Source of the DNA: an uncultured Solirubrobacterales bacterium
Lineage (GTDB): Bacteria; Actinomycetota; Thermoleophilia; Solirubrobacterales; 70-9
Direction of reading: 5' to 3'
Assembly (NCBI GenBank): GCA_963749605.1
Contig: CAVVNN010000003.1
Span: 85,579-149,578 of the forward strand
Length of the DNA stretch: 64,000 nt
Shown: piece after piece, positions 28,325 to 36,999 of the stretch
Layout: every line of letters starts with the position of its first letter
Position numbering within the stretch: the first letter of the stretch is position 1
The notes under the pieces: model-generated
The model's input: only the letters and a program-made list of their open reading frames with translations
What the model was told of the DNA's origin: nothing
The model's database searches: none
Translations under genes and position numbers: made by a program

Positions 28325-31099
28325 CTAGGTCTTCACTTCGAATCCGTACATCTCTCCGCGGTTCCGGTAAGCCGCCTCGCCCCCCTCGAGGATCTCGCAT
28401 GCCCGCGCCCGTGTTTGCACCGCGTCGACTGAACCGACCTCGCGGATCAGCCCTTTTCCTTCCCAGCCCTGCATCGGCACGATCAGCTCCGCATCGCCGA
28501 GCACGGTGATGTTGGCGTTGTGGGTGGCCATGATCACCTGCCGGCTCTCCTTCACCTGTCGAAGCACCGCAACGACCGTGCGCGCGATGAACTGGCTGTC
28601 GAGGTGATCCTCGGGCTGGTCGATGATTAGTGGCGTCTGCTCGGCCGAGAACAGCAGCGCGCCCAGGAGGATCGAGGCTTTCTGCCCGAAGGAGAGGCTC
28701 TCGAACTTCACCGTGCGGATCTCCTCCCCAAACGTCGTCAGTGTTATCTCAGGAGCGTCCTCGCGCGCCACCGCCTCAAGCCCCCCGAGCTTCTCGCCAC
28801 CCAGCGCCGCAATGAACTCCGCCACCGTTCCCTCGTCGACGAAGAAGGGAGTTCCCTCGCTGTCCTTGATCGCCAGCAGCTCCGCGTTGTCACCCTTCCT
28901 CACGGCGGCCGCCAGTTCGATCGGGCTTATCGCCGCGCAGAAGTGGTGCAGGCGGATGTTTTGGAAGAACTGGTTGCTGATCTGCTCGCGCACCCATTCG
29001 GCGTACTTCTCAACCAGAGCTCCCTGGCGGAAAGCCAGCTTCACCTGAAAGTCCTCGAAGGCGTTGTTCAGCTTTGCGGTCAGCGACACCATCGCCGCGG
29101 CCCGCAGCTGCCCACGCTTTACCTGCGCCGCCTCGAAATCCTTCAGCAGCTCCCTTCTCTCCTCGAGCTTCTTCCCCAGTTCCTCACTCTGCACCTTTGC
29201 CTCGTCGATCGCTTTCAGCTGCGCTGTCTCGGCGCTGGTCAGGCGATTCATTTCGCCCAGTTTCGGGTCGATCCCCTTTTCCCGCAGCATCTCCATCACC
29301 GCCTGCACCTTTGCCTCGATCGCCTGCTCGCGCGTCTTCCAATCGGCCAACCGCTCGTCCAGCCCGCTCTTCGCCTGCGATAGGGCCCTCTGCATTTCTG
29401 TTCGGGCCGAGCTCAGCTCACTCGCGAGCGCCGCCATTGCCCCGACCAACCCCTCGTCCTCGCTCTCACGGTTCAGCAACTCTGCGCTCGGCGTCTTATC
29501 CAGGTCCACCTCAGCGCTCGCTGCCATCTCGGTGACGTCCAGCGAGAGGTCGAGATCGTCGATCGCGGTGGCGATCTCTCCCAGTCGCCGCTCCAACTCC
29601 GCCCGCAAGCGTCGCTCGCCCTGAAGTTTGCGCCGCCACTCGAGCGCCTCCTTCAGGTTCGACTCTTCCAGTGCCTTCAGCTTCAGGCGTGTCTTGCCCA
29701 GCTCCCTTTCGGCATCCGCCTTCCGTTTCGGCGCCCCAGCGAGCGGTTTGGTAGCGGCCGCGTTCGCCCCCAACTTGTCGGCCAACTCGCCTAGCTCTGC
29801 CTCTATCTCCGCGAGATCGGCGAACTGGTCGAGGAAGGCGAGCAGCGGCTGCGGCTTCTCCGGGTAGCCACGAATGATCGAGGCGACACGATCCTGTCCG
29901 TAGCCCTCGATCTCGACGCTCGTTTCCGTCGCGCCCTCTTCGGTCAGCTCGTAGGTCATCTTGCCGCTGTCCCGCTTCAAGTGGTGCAGCGCTCCTAACT
30001 CGTCCTTGTAGATCAGTTGGACGGTGTCGGGCGAGTTATCTCCGTCGTCGAACCTGCCGCTCTCCGAGCGGCAGGCGGCATCGACACTCTCCAGCGCCGT
30101 CGACTTGCCCGCCCCCCGGCCCCCGATCAGGCAGTTCAGGTTCGGGCTGAAGGCGATTTCCTGGCCGTCGAGAAAACCGCCCTTAAAGCGGGCGCCGACG
30201 ATTCTCGGATAGTCCGACGGCACCCTCGCCTCCAGCTTGATTCGCGCCTCCGGGTCGGCCAGCGCCGTCCGGAAGGCGGCGAAGGATGGCTCGCTCATCT
30301 TCACCCGGGTGACCCGGTCCCGACCCTCCCGGTCGCGCCCGATTCTCTCCACGGAATGAGCGTCGGAAAACAGCAGCTTCGCCAGGCGGCCGCCGCCAGC
30401 CCCCAGCTCCGCTTCGCGCTTTTTCAGCAGCTCCAGGCGGGGCTCCGCCTCGACGCCGCTCTCCCGCGGCGTGTACCACTCGGCCTCTGCGGCGTCGTCC
30501 ACCTCCACTGCCACCAGCGCCGGGCTACAGATGACCGCCTCTTTGACCTGTGGCGAGACCCGTGCTTCAAAGCCGGTCCCGTCGCGGCCTATGTGGGCTG
30601 GAATAGCGATCCCGCCGGCCTCCCTCACTTCGTCCATAAGCTCGTGGATCTGCTTCAGCACATATCGGTCGCCGCTCTGCGCGCCCTCCTTGAACTCCAG
30701 CCTCCCGAACCATTGCTTGAAGGCCGCATATTCTTCGCGCGCGAAGTAGACCAGCACGTGCCCCTGGCCGGTCGTGATCTCGACCCCGGCAAAGGCGACC
30801 AGACCTTCCGCCGCCGCTGACCCCAGCAGCGCCTCGACCGAGTCGATCGCGTTGTGGTCGGTGATCGCGATCAGATCAAGGTCACGCTCCTTAGCCGCCG
30901 CCACGATCCCCTCCACGGTCATCTCCGGCTCGCTTACGTCTGAGGAGACCCCGTAGCTATGGATGTGCAGGTCGGCCCGTAGGAAGGCGGCGCCGGAGGA
31001 GAGCTGATCGAAGCCCTCAAATGGATCGCCGCCGCCCTCGATTTGATCTCCGTTGGTCACCGGCGCCTGTGTGTAGCAGGTGTTGAAAACAGATCGCAA
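28325..31099 (-). CDS. PHP phosphoesterase fused to an SMC/RecF-like ABC ATPase with a long coiled coil (Ppl-like architecture)
   Basis: 924 aa, TTG start. N-terminal PHP (DLHIHSYGVS, AITDHN), Walker A GGRGAGKST, an about 200-aa coiled coil, signature-like LSFGQKAS, Walker B LIIDQPEDHLD, then VIMATHNANI. Confidence 0.75.
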   Translation of the reverse strand: MRSVFNTCYTQAPVTNGDQIEGGGDPFEGFDQLSSGAAFLRADLHIHSYGVSSDVSEPEMTVEGIVAAAKERDLDLIAITDHNAIDSVEALLGSAAAEGLVAFAGVEITTGQGHVLVYFAREEYAAFKQWFGRLEFKEGAQSGDRYVLKQIHELMDEVREAGGIAIPAHIGRDGTGFEARVSPQVKEAVICSPALVAVEVDDAAEAEWYTPRESGVEAEPRLELLKKREAELGAGGGRLAKLLFSDAHSVERIGRDREGRDRVTRVKMSEPSFAAFRTALADPEARIKLEARVPSDYPRIVGARFKGGFLDGQEIAFSPNLNCLIGGRGAGKSTALESVDAACRSESGRFDDGDNSPDTVQLIYKDELGALHHLKRDSGKMTYELTEEGATETSVEIEGYGQDRVASIIRGYPEKPQPLLAFLDQFADLAEIEAELGELADKLGANAAATKPLAGAPKRKADAERELGKTRLKLKALEESNLKEALEWRRKLQGERRLRAELERRLGEIATAIDDLDLSLDVTEMAASAEVDLDKTPSAELLNRESEDEGLVGAMAALASELSSARTEMQRALSQAKSGLDERLADWKTREQAIEAKVQAVMEMLREKGIDPKLGEMNRLTSAETAQLKAIDEAKVQSEELGKKLEERRELLKDFEAAQVKRGQLRAAAMVSLTAKLNNAFEDFQVKLAFRQGALVEKYAEWVREQISNQFFQNIRLHHFCAAISPIELAAAVRKGDNAELLAIKDSEGTPFFVDEGTVAEFIAALGGEKLGGLEAVAREDAPEITLTTFGEEIRTVKFESLSFGQKASILLGALLFSAEQTPLIIDQPEDHLDSQFIARTVVAVLRQVKESRQVIMATHNANITVLGDAELIVPMQGWEGKGLIREVGSVDAVQTRARACEILEGGEAAYRNRGEMYGFEVKT

Positions 31100-31250
31100 G
31101 GGTCACAAGTTTGGGCCTGCAGATTTGGCTTTCTAGAGCCGCAAGCGGTTGCGCCCTGAACAGGACTCGAACGGTGCGACCTACTCCTTTTAGGAGGGAG
31201 TCGGTCATCCTCGTGCCTTGGGATGCCTTGCAGGCGAGTGCAACAATTCT

Positions 31251-32501
31251 TCAAGGTCCGAGCGCTCCGATCGGGACAACTTGGACCCCATCTTCGCGCC
31301 TGTAGCCGTAGCCGCCAGCGGTCAGCACAGCCAATACTGCCGGCTCGCCTGAGCGGCTGGTGTCGACCTGCCCCGCGAACTTTTGGAGGGCAGTGGCCGC
31401 TTCCTCGATGGCGGTCTCCCCACCCAGCTTGACCTCAAAGGCCCCCCACCTCCCGTCTTGGCAGTTAATGATCGCGTCGACCTCGAGATCGTTTGAGTCG
31501 CGGTAGTGCTCGACTTTGGCTTCCAGCGGCTGGGCATAGATCCGTAGGTCACGGACGACCATCGACTCGAAGAAGAGTCCAAAGGTGTTGAGGTCGTCCA
31601 TTAGCGCCTGCGGATTTCCTCGCAGCGCCGCCACTGCCAAGGAGGGATCGACGAAGTGGCGCTTTGGCGCTTTACGAAGCGAGTAGCGTGAGCGCAGGTG
31701 TGGGCGCCAGGAAGGCTGGTCCTCGATGATGAATAGTCGGCTGAGGGCTTCCAGGTACTCACTTACCGTCGCCGAAGTGACCGGGTCGCCGGACTCACTC
31801 GCGTCGCTGGCCAGCGTAGTTGCTGCAACGTTGGTCGCGAGGTTTCGAGCAAGGCTCTGCAGCAGGCGCATCACCTTCTCCGGCCGATGTCTCGGCCCGA
31901 TGCTTTTGAGATCGGCGCGGACCACCTCGTCTAGGTAATCCCGAACGCCGCGAAGCGCCGGATCCATCTCGAGATGGCGGAAACCAGGCCAGCCACCGCG
32001 ACATAGCGCCTCGGCGACCTGTTGCAGCTCAAGCCTCGGATCGGCTGCCTCAGCCTTCTCGCCGCCGAGCAGCTCGGCGAGGGAGACCTCGCCGTTGCTG
32101 GTGCCGAGCTCATAGAGCGACATCGGCCGCATCCGCAGTCGGCTAATTCGCCCTGCTCCGGTGTGACGGGTCTCGTCATCGGTGGGCTGGGCGGAGCCGG
32201 CGAGGATGAACTGACCGGGGTCGTTGCGGTTATCGACCTCCCGGCGAACATGGTTCCAGATGCTCGGCGCTACCTGCCACTCATCGATCAACCTCGGTGT
32301 TTTGCCCTCAAGGATCAGACCGGGATTGATCTCGGCGGCTTTCCTAGCCTCCTCATTCACATCGAGCAGTACCTCGCTCTTAGCCAGCTGCCTCGCAGTC
32401 TCCGTCTTGCCGCAAGCTTTAGGGCCCTCAACCAAGACCGCTCCAGTCGACTCAAGTCGTTCCTGTAGCTCGATATCTGCAGTTCTAGGCAAGTAAGGCA
32501 T
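31251..32501 (-). CDS. AAA ATPase with a DUF4143-type C-terminal domain
   Basis: 416 aa. Walker A GPKACGKT, Walker B LIDEWQ, C-terminal restriction-endonuclease-like region (DLEVDAIINCQDGRWGAFEVKLG). Confidence 0.75.
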   Translation of the reverse strand: MPYLPRTADIELQERLESTGAVLVEGPKACGKTETARQLAKSEVLLDVNEEARKAAEINPGLILEGKTPRLIDEWQVAPSIWNHVRREVDNRNDPGQFILAGSAQPTDDETRHTGAGRISRLRMRPMSLYELGTSNGEVSLAELLGGEKAEAADPRLELQQVAEALCRGGWPGFRHLEMDPALRGVRDYLDEVVRADLKSIGPRHRPEKVMRLLQSLARNLATNVAATTLASDASESGDPVTSATVSEYLEALSRLFIIEDQPSWRPHLRSRYSLRKAPKRHFVDPSLAVAALRGNPQALMDDLNTFGLFFESMVVRDLRIYAQPLEAKVEHYRDSNDLEVDAIINCQDGRWGAFEVKLGGETAIEEAATALQKFAGQVDTSRSGEPAVLAVLTAGGYGYRREDGVQVVPIGALGP

Positions 32502-32520
32502 TTTGGCTCTAAAAAAGGAC

Positions 32521-32618
32521 TTCTACAAGTTATCCCATGAATTGTAGAATAAATGGACGAAAGATTGTGGATCTTTTAGGGCAATGATTATAGGGCTTTT
32601 TGCCGAAAGATTGTAGAA
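32521..32618. promoter_or_regulatory. AT-rich repeat cluster upstream of the DUF4143 ATPase gene
   Basis: TTCTACAA (32521-32528) is the inverse of TTGTAGAA (32542-32549), and TTGTAGAA recurs at 32611-32618. CGAAAGATTGT(G/A)GA occurs at 32558-32571 and 32604-32617. Confidence 0.4.
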
Positions 32619-32828
32619 AGATCTTCCGGGGCCTTGATCCGGGTTGCGGCGCGGGCGAGCGCACGGCGCCGCCCTCGGGTCTTCTTGCCGATCACATCGC
32701 CGTGGGGCCTCGCATCGGGCTGAGCCGAAGACCACGGTCGACCCCTAGGTTCGGTAAGTGGCCTCGCTTCCGTGGCTCGCTGTCTCAGGCGACCGTCGAT
32801 CGCAACAAGAACCAACCCTTGTCTGGCG

Positions 32829-32846
32829 TCAATTGTTTGGGCCGAT
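32829..32846 (+). repeat. Direct repeat copy 2 (TCAATTGTTTGGGCCGAT)
   Basis: Partner of 28185-28202, in the same orientation. Confidence 0.7.
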
Positions 32847-33054
32847 TCCCGTGGGGCGCCGATGGCTAGCGCCCTTACGCCCCAGTGCGCGTCAGGCCGG
32901 GTCGCAGTTACCGCCAGGACATGGCCCTGGCCGCGAGGCCGCAGGGCCTGACGGCAAGCACCGACCTGGCCGCTGTTCACCGCGAGGCAAGGAACGTCCG
33001 ACCGGCTGTCGAACATTCGTTCGTTCGTGGTCGGACAAACTAAGGTGGAGAGCG

Positions 33055-33783
33055 ATGGCTGACCGAAGCGCGATCGAGTGGACGGAGGCGACCTGGAACC
33101 CGGTCACCGGGTGCTCGAAGGTCTCTCCCGGCTGCGCGCACTGCTACGCGGAGACCTTCGCCGAGCGCTGGCGCGGCGTGCCGGGACACCCCTACGAGCA
33201 GGGCTTCGACCTGAAGCTCTGGCCCGAGCGCCTCGACCAGCCGCTGCGCTGGCGCCGGCCGCGGACGATCTTCGTCAACTCGATGAGCGACCTCTTCCAC
33301 GAGCAGATCCCCGACGCGTTCGTCCACGACGTCTTCCGCGTCATGGGCGAAGCCGACTGGCACGTCTTCCAGGTCCTCACCAAGCGCCATGAGCGGCTCG
33401 TCGACCTTGGGCGAACCCTCGACTGGCCGCCCAACGTCTGGATGGGGGTCTCGATCGAGAACCGCCGCTTCGTCCACCGCGCCGACTTCCTGCGCCAGGT
33501 ACCGGCCGCCGTCCGCTTCATTTCGGCCGAGCCGCTGCTCGGGCCGCTCGACGGCCTCGACCTGAGCGGGATCGACTGGCTGATCGCCGGCGGGGAGTCC
33601 GGGCCCGGCCACCGCCCGGTGCGACATGAGTGGGTGCGCGAACTCCGCGACCACTGTCTCGCCGATGACGTCGCCTTCTTCTTCAAGCAGTGGGGCGGTC
33701 GCACCCCGAAGGCTGGCGGTCGCCTTCTCGACGGTTCCCACCACGATGCGATGCCATCTTCTCGAGCCCTCACGCCGGCTTAG
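33055..33783 (+). CDS. DUF5131 (phage Gp37/Gp68-like) three-Cys-motif protein
   Basis: 242 aa from ATG 33055 (AAGGTGGAG upstream). IEWTEATWNPVTGCSKVSPGCAHCYAE (C-x6-C-x2-C), VFQVLTKR, ISAEPLLGPL, WLIAGGESGP. Confidence 0.8.
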   Translation: MADRSAIEWTEATWNPVTGCSKVSPGCAHCYAETFAERWRGVPGHPYEQGFDLKLWPERLDQPLRWRRPRTIFVNSMSDLFHEQIPDAFVHDVFRVMGEADWHVFQVLTKRHERLVDLGRTLDWPPNVWMGVSIENRRFVHRADFLRQVPAAVRFISAEPLLGPLDGLDLSGIDWLIAGGESGPGHRPVRHEWVRELRDHCLADDVAFFFKQWGGRTPKAGGRLLDGSHHDAMPSSRALTPA

Positions 33784-34904
33784 CCGACGAACCGGATTCG
33801 CACACCGCTTGCAAACTGCCTTTGGCGACCGCTGCGGTCGACCTCGATCTTCCCGTCCCTCTCCGCTGGCGCAAGCGTCTTTCGTCTCAGGTGAGCAACT
33901 CGAAAGACTGTCTCCAGTACCGATTCGTCTGCTTCCTCGATCGTGAACCACTCGGTGCCGAACTTCTCACGCAGATGGCTCAGCAGCGGGCTGGTATCGA
34001 CGGCGTCGGGGTCGGGCGTAAAGAGAACCTCCTGGCCTTGGGCGGTCCGGGTCGCGATGTAACGCGTGCCCTTGACGAAATCGACCGACCACATCGCATC
34101 CTTCATCAGTTCCAGGCCTCGATCGTGCTGGGAGGCGAATACCAACCTGTAGTCGTTGCCGTCAGCCGTTCGCAGCTCGAAGGAGCGAACATGCTCGACC
34201 TTTCCCTGCCCGTGGAGCCGTTCTTCGAACAGCTCCAGCAGGAACTCCCGGCGCGCGGACCCCTGCAGCTCCTTCGCATCTTCCCAGCGCCTGCATCCGA
34301 ACAGCGAGTTCATCGCATTCTCCTGGCCGTCTCGTCCGACGAACCGAGCGACATGAGTGAGCGGCAGGAAGATCAACACCTCGCAGCGCGAGAACTCGAG
34401 GAAGCGGCCCGCAAGCGACATCGAGCTTGCCTTGTAGCCGAACGGGTCAATGAAGGCGAAGGTTGGGATGAGCGTGCGTCCCTCCTTGCCGTGGGTCTCC
34501 TCGACGATCTCGCCGAACGTGTCCTCGAACTCCCCGGCCACCAGCTCGTACTTCACGTTGGCCGGTAGGTCGAGGCTCTCGAGCTCCGTCTCCAGATGTG
34601 CGACGCGACGAGCATCGTGCTCGATGAAGAGATAGTTGAACTCGACGCCACTCATCCGCTCGAACGCGTCGTGGTCGAGCAAGGTCTTGAGCATGATCAG
34701 GGGCGAGCCTTCCTCGCCGGTCTCATAGCGGCCAGGACCCGCGAATCCATCGACCAGCAGAAGCCTCGGCGGATCGTTGGTAAGGCGGATCACCTTCTCG
34801 GCCTGCTGGCCCATGACCGGAAGCCATGCATTGAGATACGCGCGCAGCACGCGGTGCTTCGCGCGAGTGTGGTCGTCCAGGGGCCAAAGTACGGGCTCGG
34901 CCAT
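33780..34904 (-). CDS. tcmP: Three-Cys-motif partner protein TcmP-like
   Basis: 374 aa. N-terminus WPLDDHTRAKHRVLRAYLNAWLPVM, LVDGFAGPGRY, FAFIDPFGY. Convergent with DUF5131, and the stop codons overlap by 4 nt. Confidence 0.65.
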   Translation of the reverse strand: MAEPVLWPLDDHTRAKHRVLRAYLNAWLPVMGQQAEKVIRLTNDPPRLLLVDGFAGPGRYETGEEGSPLIMLKTLLDHDAFERMSGVEFNYLFIEHDARRVAHLETELESLDLPANVKYELVAGEFEDTFGEIVEETHGKEGRTLIPTFAFIDPFGYKASSMSLAGRFLEFSRCEVLIFLPLTHVARFVGRDGQENAMNSLFGCRRWEDAKELQGSARREFLLELFEERLHGQGKVEHVRSFELRTADGNDYRLVFASQHDRGLELMKDAMWSVDFVKGTRYIATRTAQGQEVLFTPDPDAVDTSPLLSHLREKFGTEWFTIEEADESVLETVFRVAHLRRKTLAPAERDGKIEVDRSGRQRQFASGVRIRFVG

Positions 34905-34969
34905 AGCGGTAGCAGGCTAATGCTCTAGCGGTCGAACTTCTCGGCGACTGTGATCGTTGGTGTCGTCTT

Positions 34970-35427
34970 CTACCTCGCCTGGGACGCCGCTCCACGGCGA
35001 GCGCGAGGAGCGCGATCTCGCATCGCGTCCTTGACTCGCCCACTGATCCCGTGGCCACGTTTGCCGTCCAGCCATTCTCGTGCCTCGAGCTCTGTGTCGT
35101 CTTCGATAACCGCCTTCGCTGAGACCATGAGCTCCAACAACGTTCGGGAGTAAGGCTCCGCCTCTAACGCGTAGCCGCTCGCGACTACTGCTGATGCAGC
35201 CCGGATCGAGCGGAAGGCTCGAATCGTCGCAATCAGAACGGCTTGCTTTCGTATCCCCAAGCGCTGGCCGCCGCAGCCGTTCCGCTAGTCCGATCGATCG
35301 CGGCAGCAAGGACGGCGCTTACCGCGTCGAGCAGGGTGAACGACTCGAGCACCTGAATCTCTTCGTGCACCTCCTGCTCATGCTCCCTTGGCGTCCCCCA
35401 CATCTCCACGACGGCGTGGCAAGCCAT
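34970..35427 (-). CDS. Hypothetical helical protein, read as two overlapping ORFs (possible frameshift near 35245-35262)
   Basis: ORF 35233-35427 (64 aa) and ORF 34970-35260 (96 aa) are in different frames. Joined, they give a continuous about 150-aa helical sequence. I recognise no family. Confidence 0.3.
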
Positions 35428-35456
35428 CTCTTTCTCCTGGCAAGTAGGTTCTCGAC

Positions 35457-36053
35457 ATGACCGCTGTCGTTTGGACGGATACCCTGCTGGCCGTTAGTAC
35501 GGCCGCCGGGACTCTCGGAATTCTCGGAGCGCTGATTTTCGCGGCGCTGCAGACTCGGGCGCTACGCAAACAACTCTCCCTCGCCAACGTTCAGAACGAG
35601 CGAGCCACGTCGCTTGAGCAAGCCTCCCTGGATATCCAGCTCATGGAACGGATCATGGACGTGGACCATGTCTTTATCGACCGCCCGGAGTTGCGGAAGT
35701 ACTTCTTCGAAGGGGCACCGACACCACTGACGGACCCTGAGCGAGCGAGAGTCTTAGCTGTTGCCGATCTGATCATGGACGTAGCTGATGCAGCAGCAAG
35801 CGCGCGACGACACGGCCACATGCTGGATGAGGACTATCAGGCCTGGAAACATGCACTCCACAACTACTTCCACAATAGCCCTGCCATGCGTGAGCTTTGG
35901 CCAGAGACTGGTCAGTTCTATGGACCAGGCACTTCGGAGCCCTTGATCGATGTCAACGATACCCAAACGTCGTCGGCTGTCTTCGCGGACGTTATTTCCG
36001 GTACCGATGCGAGTGCAAGCGAGAGCAAAGAGGGCCGAGAGAAAACCGTTTGA
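35457..36053 (+). CDS. Hypothetical protein with one N-terminal TM helix
   Basis: 198-aa ORF, ATG start, TM segment LLAVSTAAGTLGILGALIFAAL. First gene of a co-directional five-gene block. Confidence 0.5.
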   Translation: MTAVVWTDTLLAVSTAAGTLGILGALIFAALQTRALRKQLSLANVQNERATSLEQASLDIQLMERIMDVDHVFIDRPELRKYFFEGAPTPLTDPERARVLAVADLIMDVADAAASARRHGHMLDEDYQAWKHALHNYFHNSPAMRELWPETGQFYGPGTSEPLIDVNDTQTSSAVFADVISGTDASASESKEGREKTV

Positions 36054-36143
36054 AGAGCCGACTTGCGACTAGGCGAGTCGACGCAACCGGAGCTGCACGC
36101 TCCGACGTCAGCGTGGCGCCAAAGCCGCTAGATTTCGTTGTCA

Positions 36144-36926
36144 ATGGCGGGGGGTAAGAAGGAACTTCGTGAGGGCTTCGCGGGATACGACGTCGTCAAG
36201 GCGGCTCCAAGCTACTCAAATGTGGTGGGTCTTCTATCTGGCTTCGCCCTAACGGCAGTCGTACTTGCTATCACCGTGGCTGGTACGGCCCACCTACATG
36301 ACCAGCAGCAGTTTGATGTCGGCTTTGCGACCACGATGTTCGCGGTCGCCTTTCTTGGATGTTTAGCTTGCGCCTTTTCGATGGCTTCAATCGCGGGCGA
36401 GAAGAATTCTCCGGCTACACTGACCTGCTCGATGTTGGTGGGATCAGGTATCGCGGTCTGTTTCATCACTGTTCTAGTCGGGTTTGCCGCCCTCGCTCAT
36501 GCGTTTCTGCCCGACTCGGCACCTGCGTTTCTTGCCGTTTGCTTCGTGGGGGTCGTTATTGCTCCACCGTTCGTGTGGTTCCCCCAATGGGACATCGTCC
36601 GGAACTTTGGCGAAGCTCCTTATCCTGGGCCTCCCAGGTCAACGGAGGAGGCAAAGCGGCTTGTAGTTGGCCTCTTCATGTTGGGAGTCTTTACAGCACT
36701 AGTTGGTTTGGGGATTCGACTAACGGGGGTAATCGGAACAGCTCACCACTGGGAGGTTCTGGCCCTTGCGCTGGTGACGCTGATCTATACGGCGGCAATG
36801 GTCCTCGCCGCCCTCTTAGTGTCAACCTGGATGAACCGTCCACGCTTAGGCGTCAGGATGACTTGGGCATTGGGGCTGATTCAGTCGGCAACGGTGCTTG
36901 CGCTGATATGTCTGGTTCCTGCCTGA
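36144..36926 (+). CDS. Hypothetical polytopic membrane protein (about 7 TM)
   Basis: ORF with seven hydrophobic segments. ATG 36144 is preferred over TTG 36138. Confidence 0.5.
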   Translation: MAGGKKELREGFAGYDVVKAAPSYSNVVGLLSGFALTAVVLAITVAGTAHLHDQQQFDVGFATTMFAVAFLGCLACAFSMASIAGEKNSPATLTCSMLVGSGIAVCFITVLVGFAALAHAFLPDSAPAFLAVCFVGVVIAPPFVWFPQWDIVRNFGEAPYPGPPRSTEEAKRLVVGLFMLGVFTALVGLGIRLTGVIGTAHHWEVLALALVTLIYTAAMVLAALLVSTWMNRPRLGVRMTWALGLIQSATVLALICLVPA

Positions 36927-36999
36927 ACGCCTTGGAATCAGGATGGTGGACTCCAGACAGACTGCCGGGTACCCGCCACCCAAGAGATAGGCTGAGTGA

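Noticed and set aside
31150-31205. tRNA-like fragment on the minus strand (AGGTCGCACCGTTCGAGTCCTGTTCAGGGCGCA), containing a perfect GTTCGAGTCC T-loop-type string.
   Set aside because: The flanking bases cannot form a T stem (CACCG versus CCTGT). The putative anticodon hairpin has a 9-nt loop, and no acceptor stem closes. At best it is a decayed tRNA 3' remnant. I do not call it a gene.
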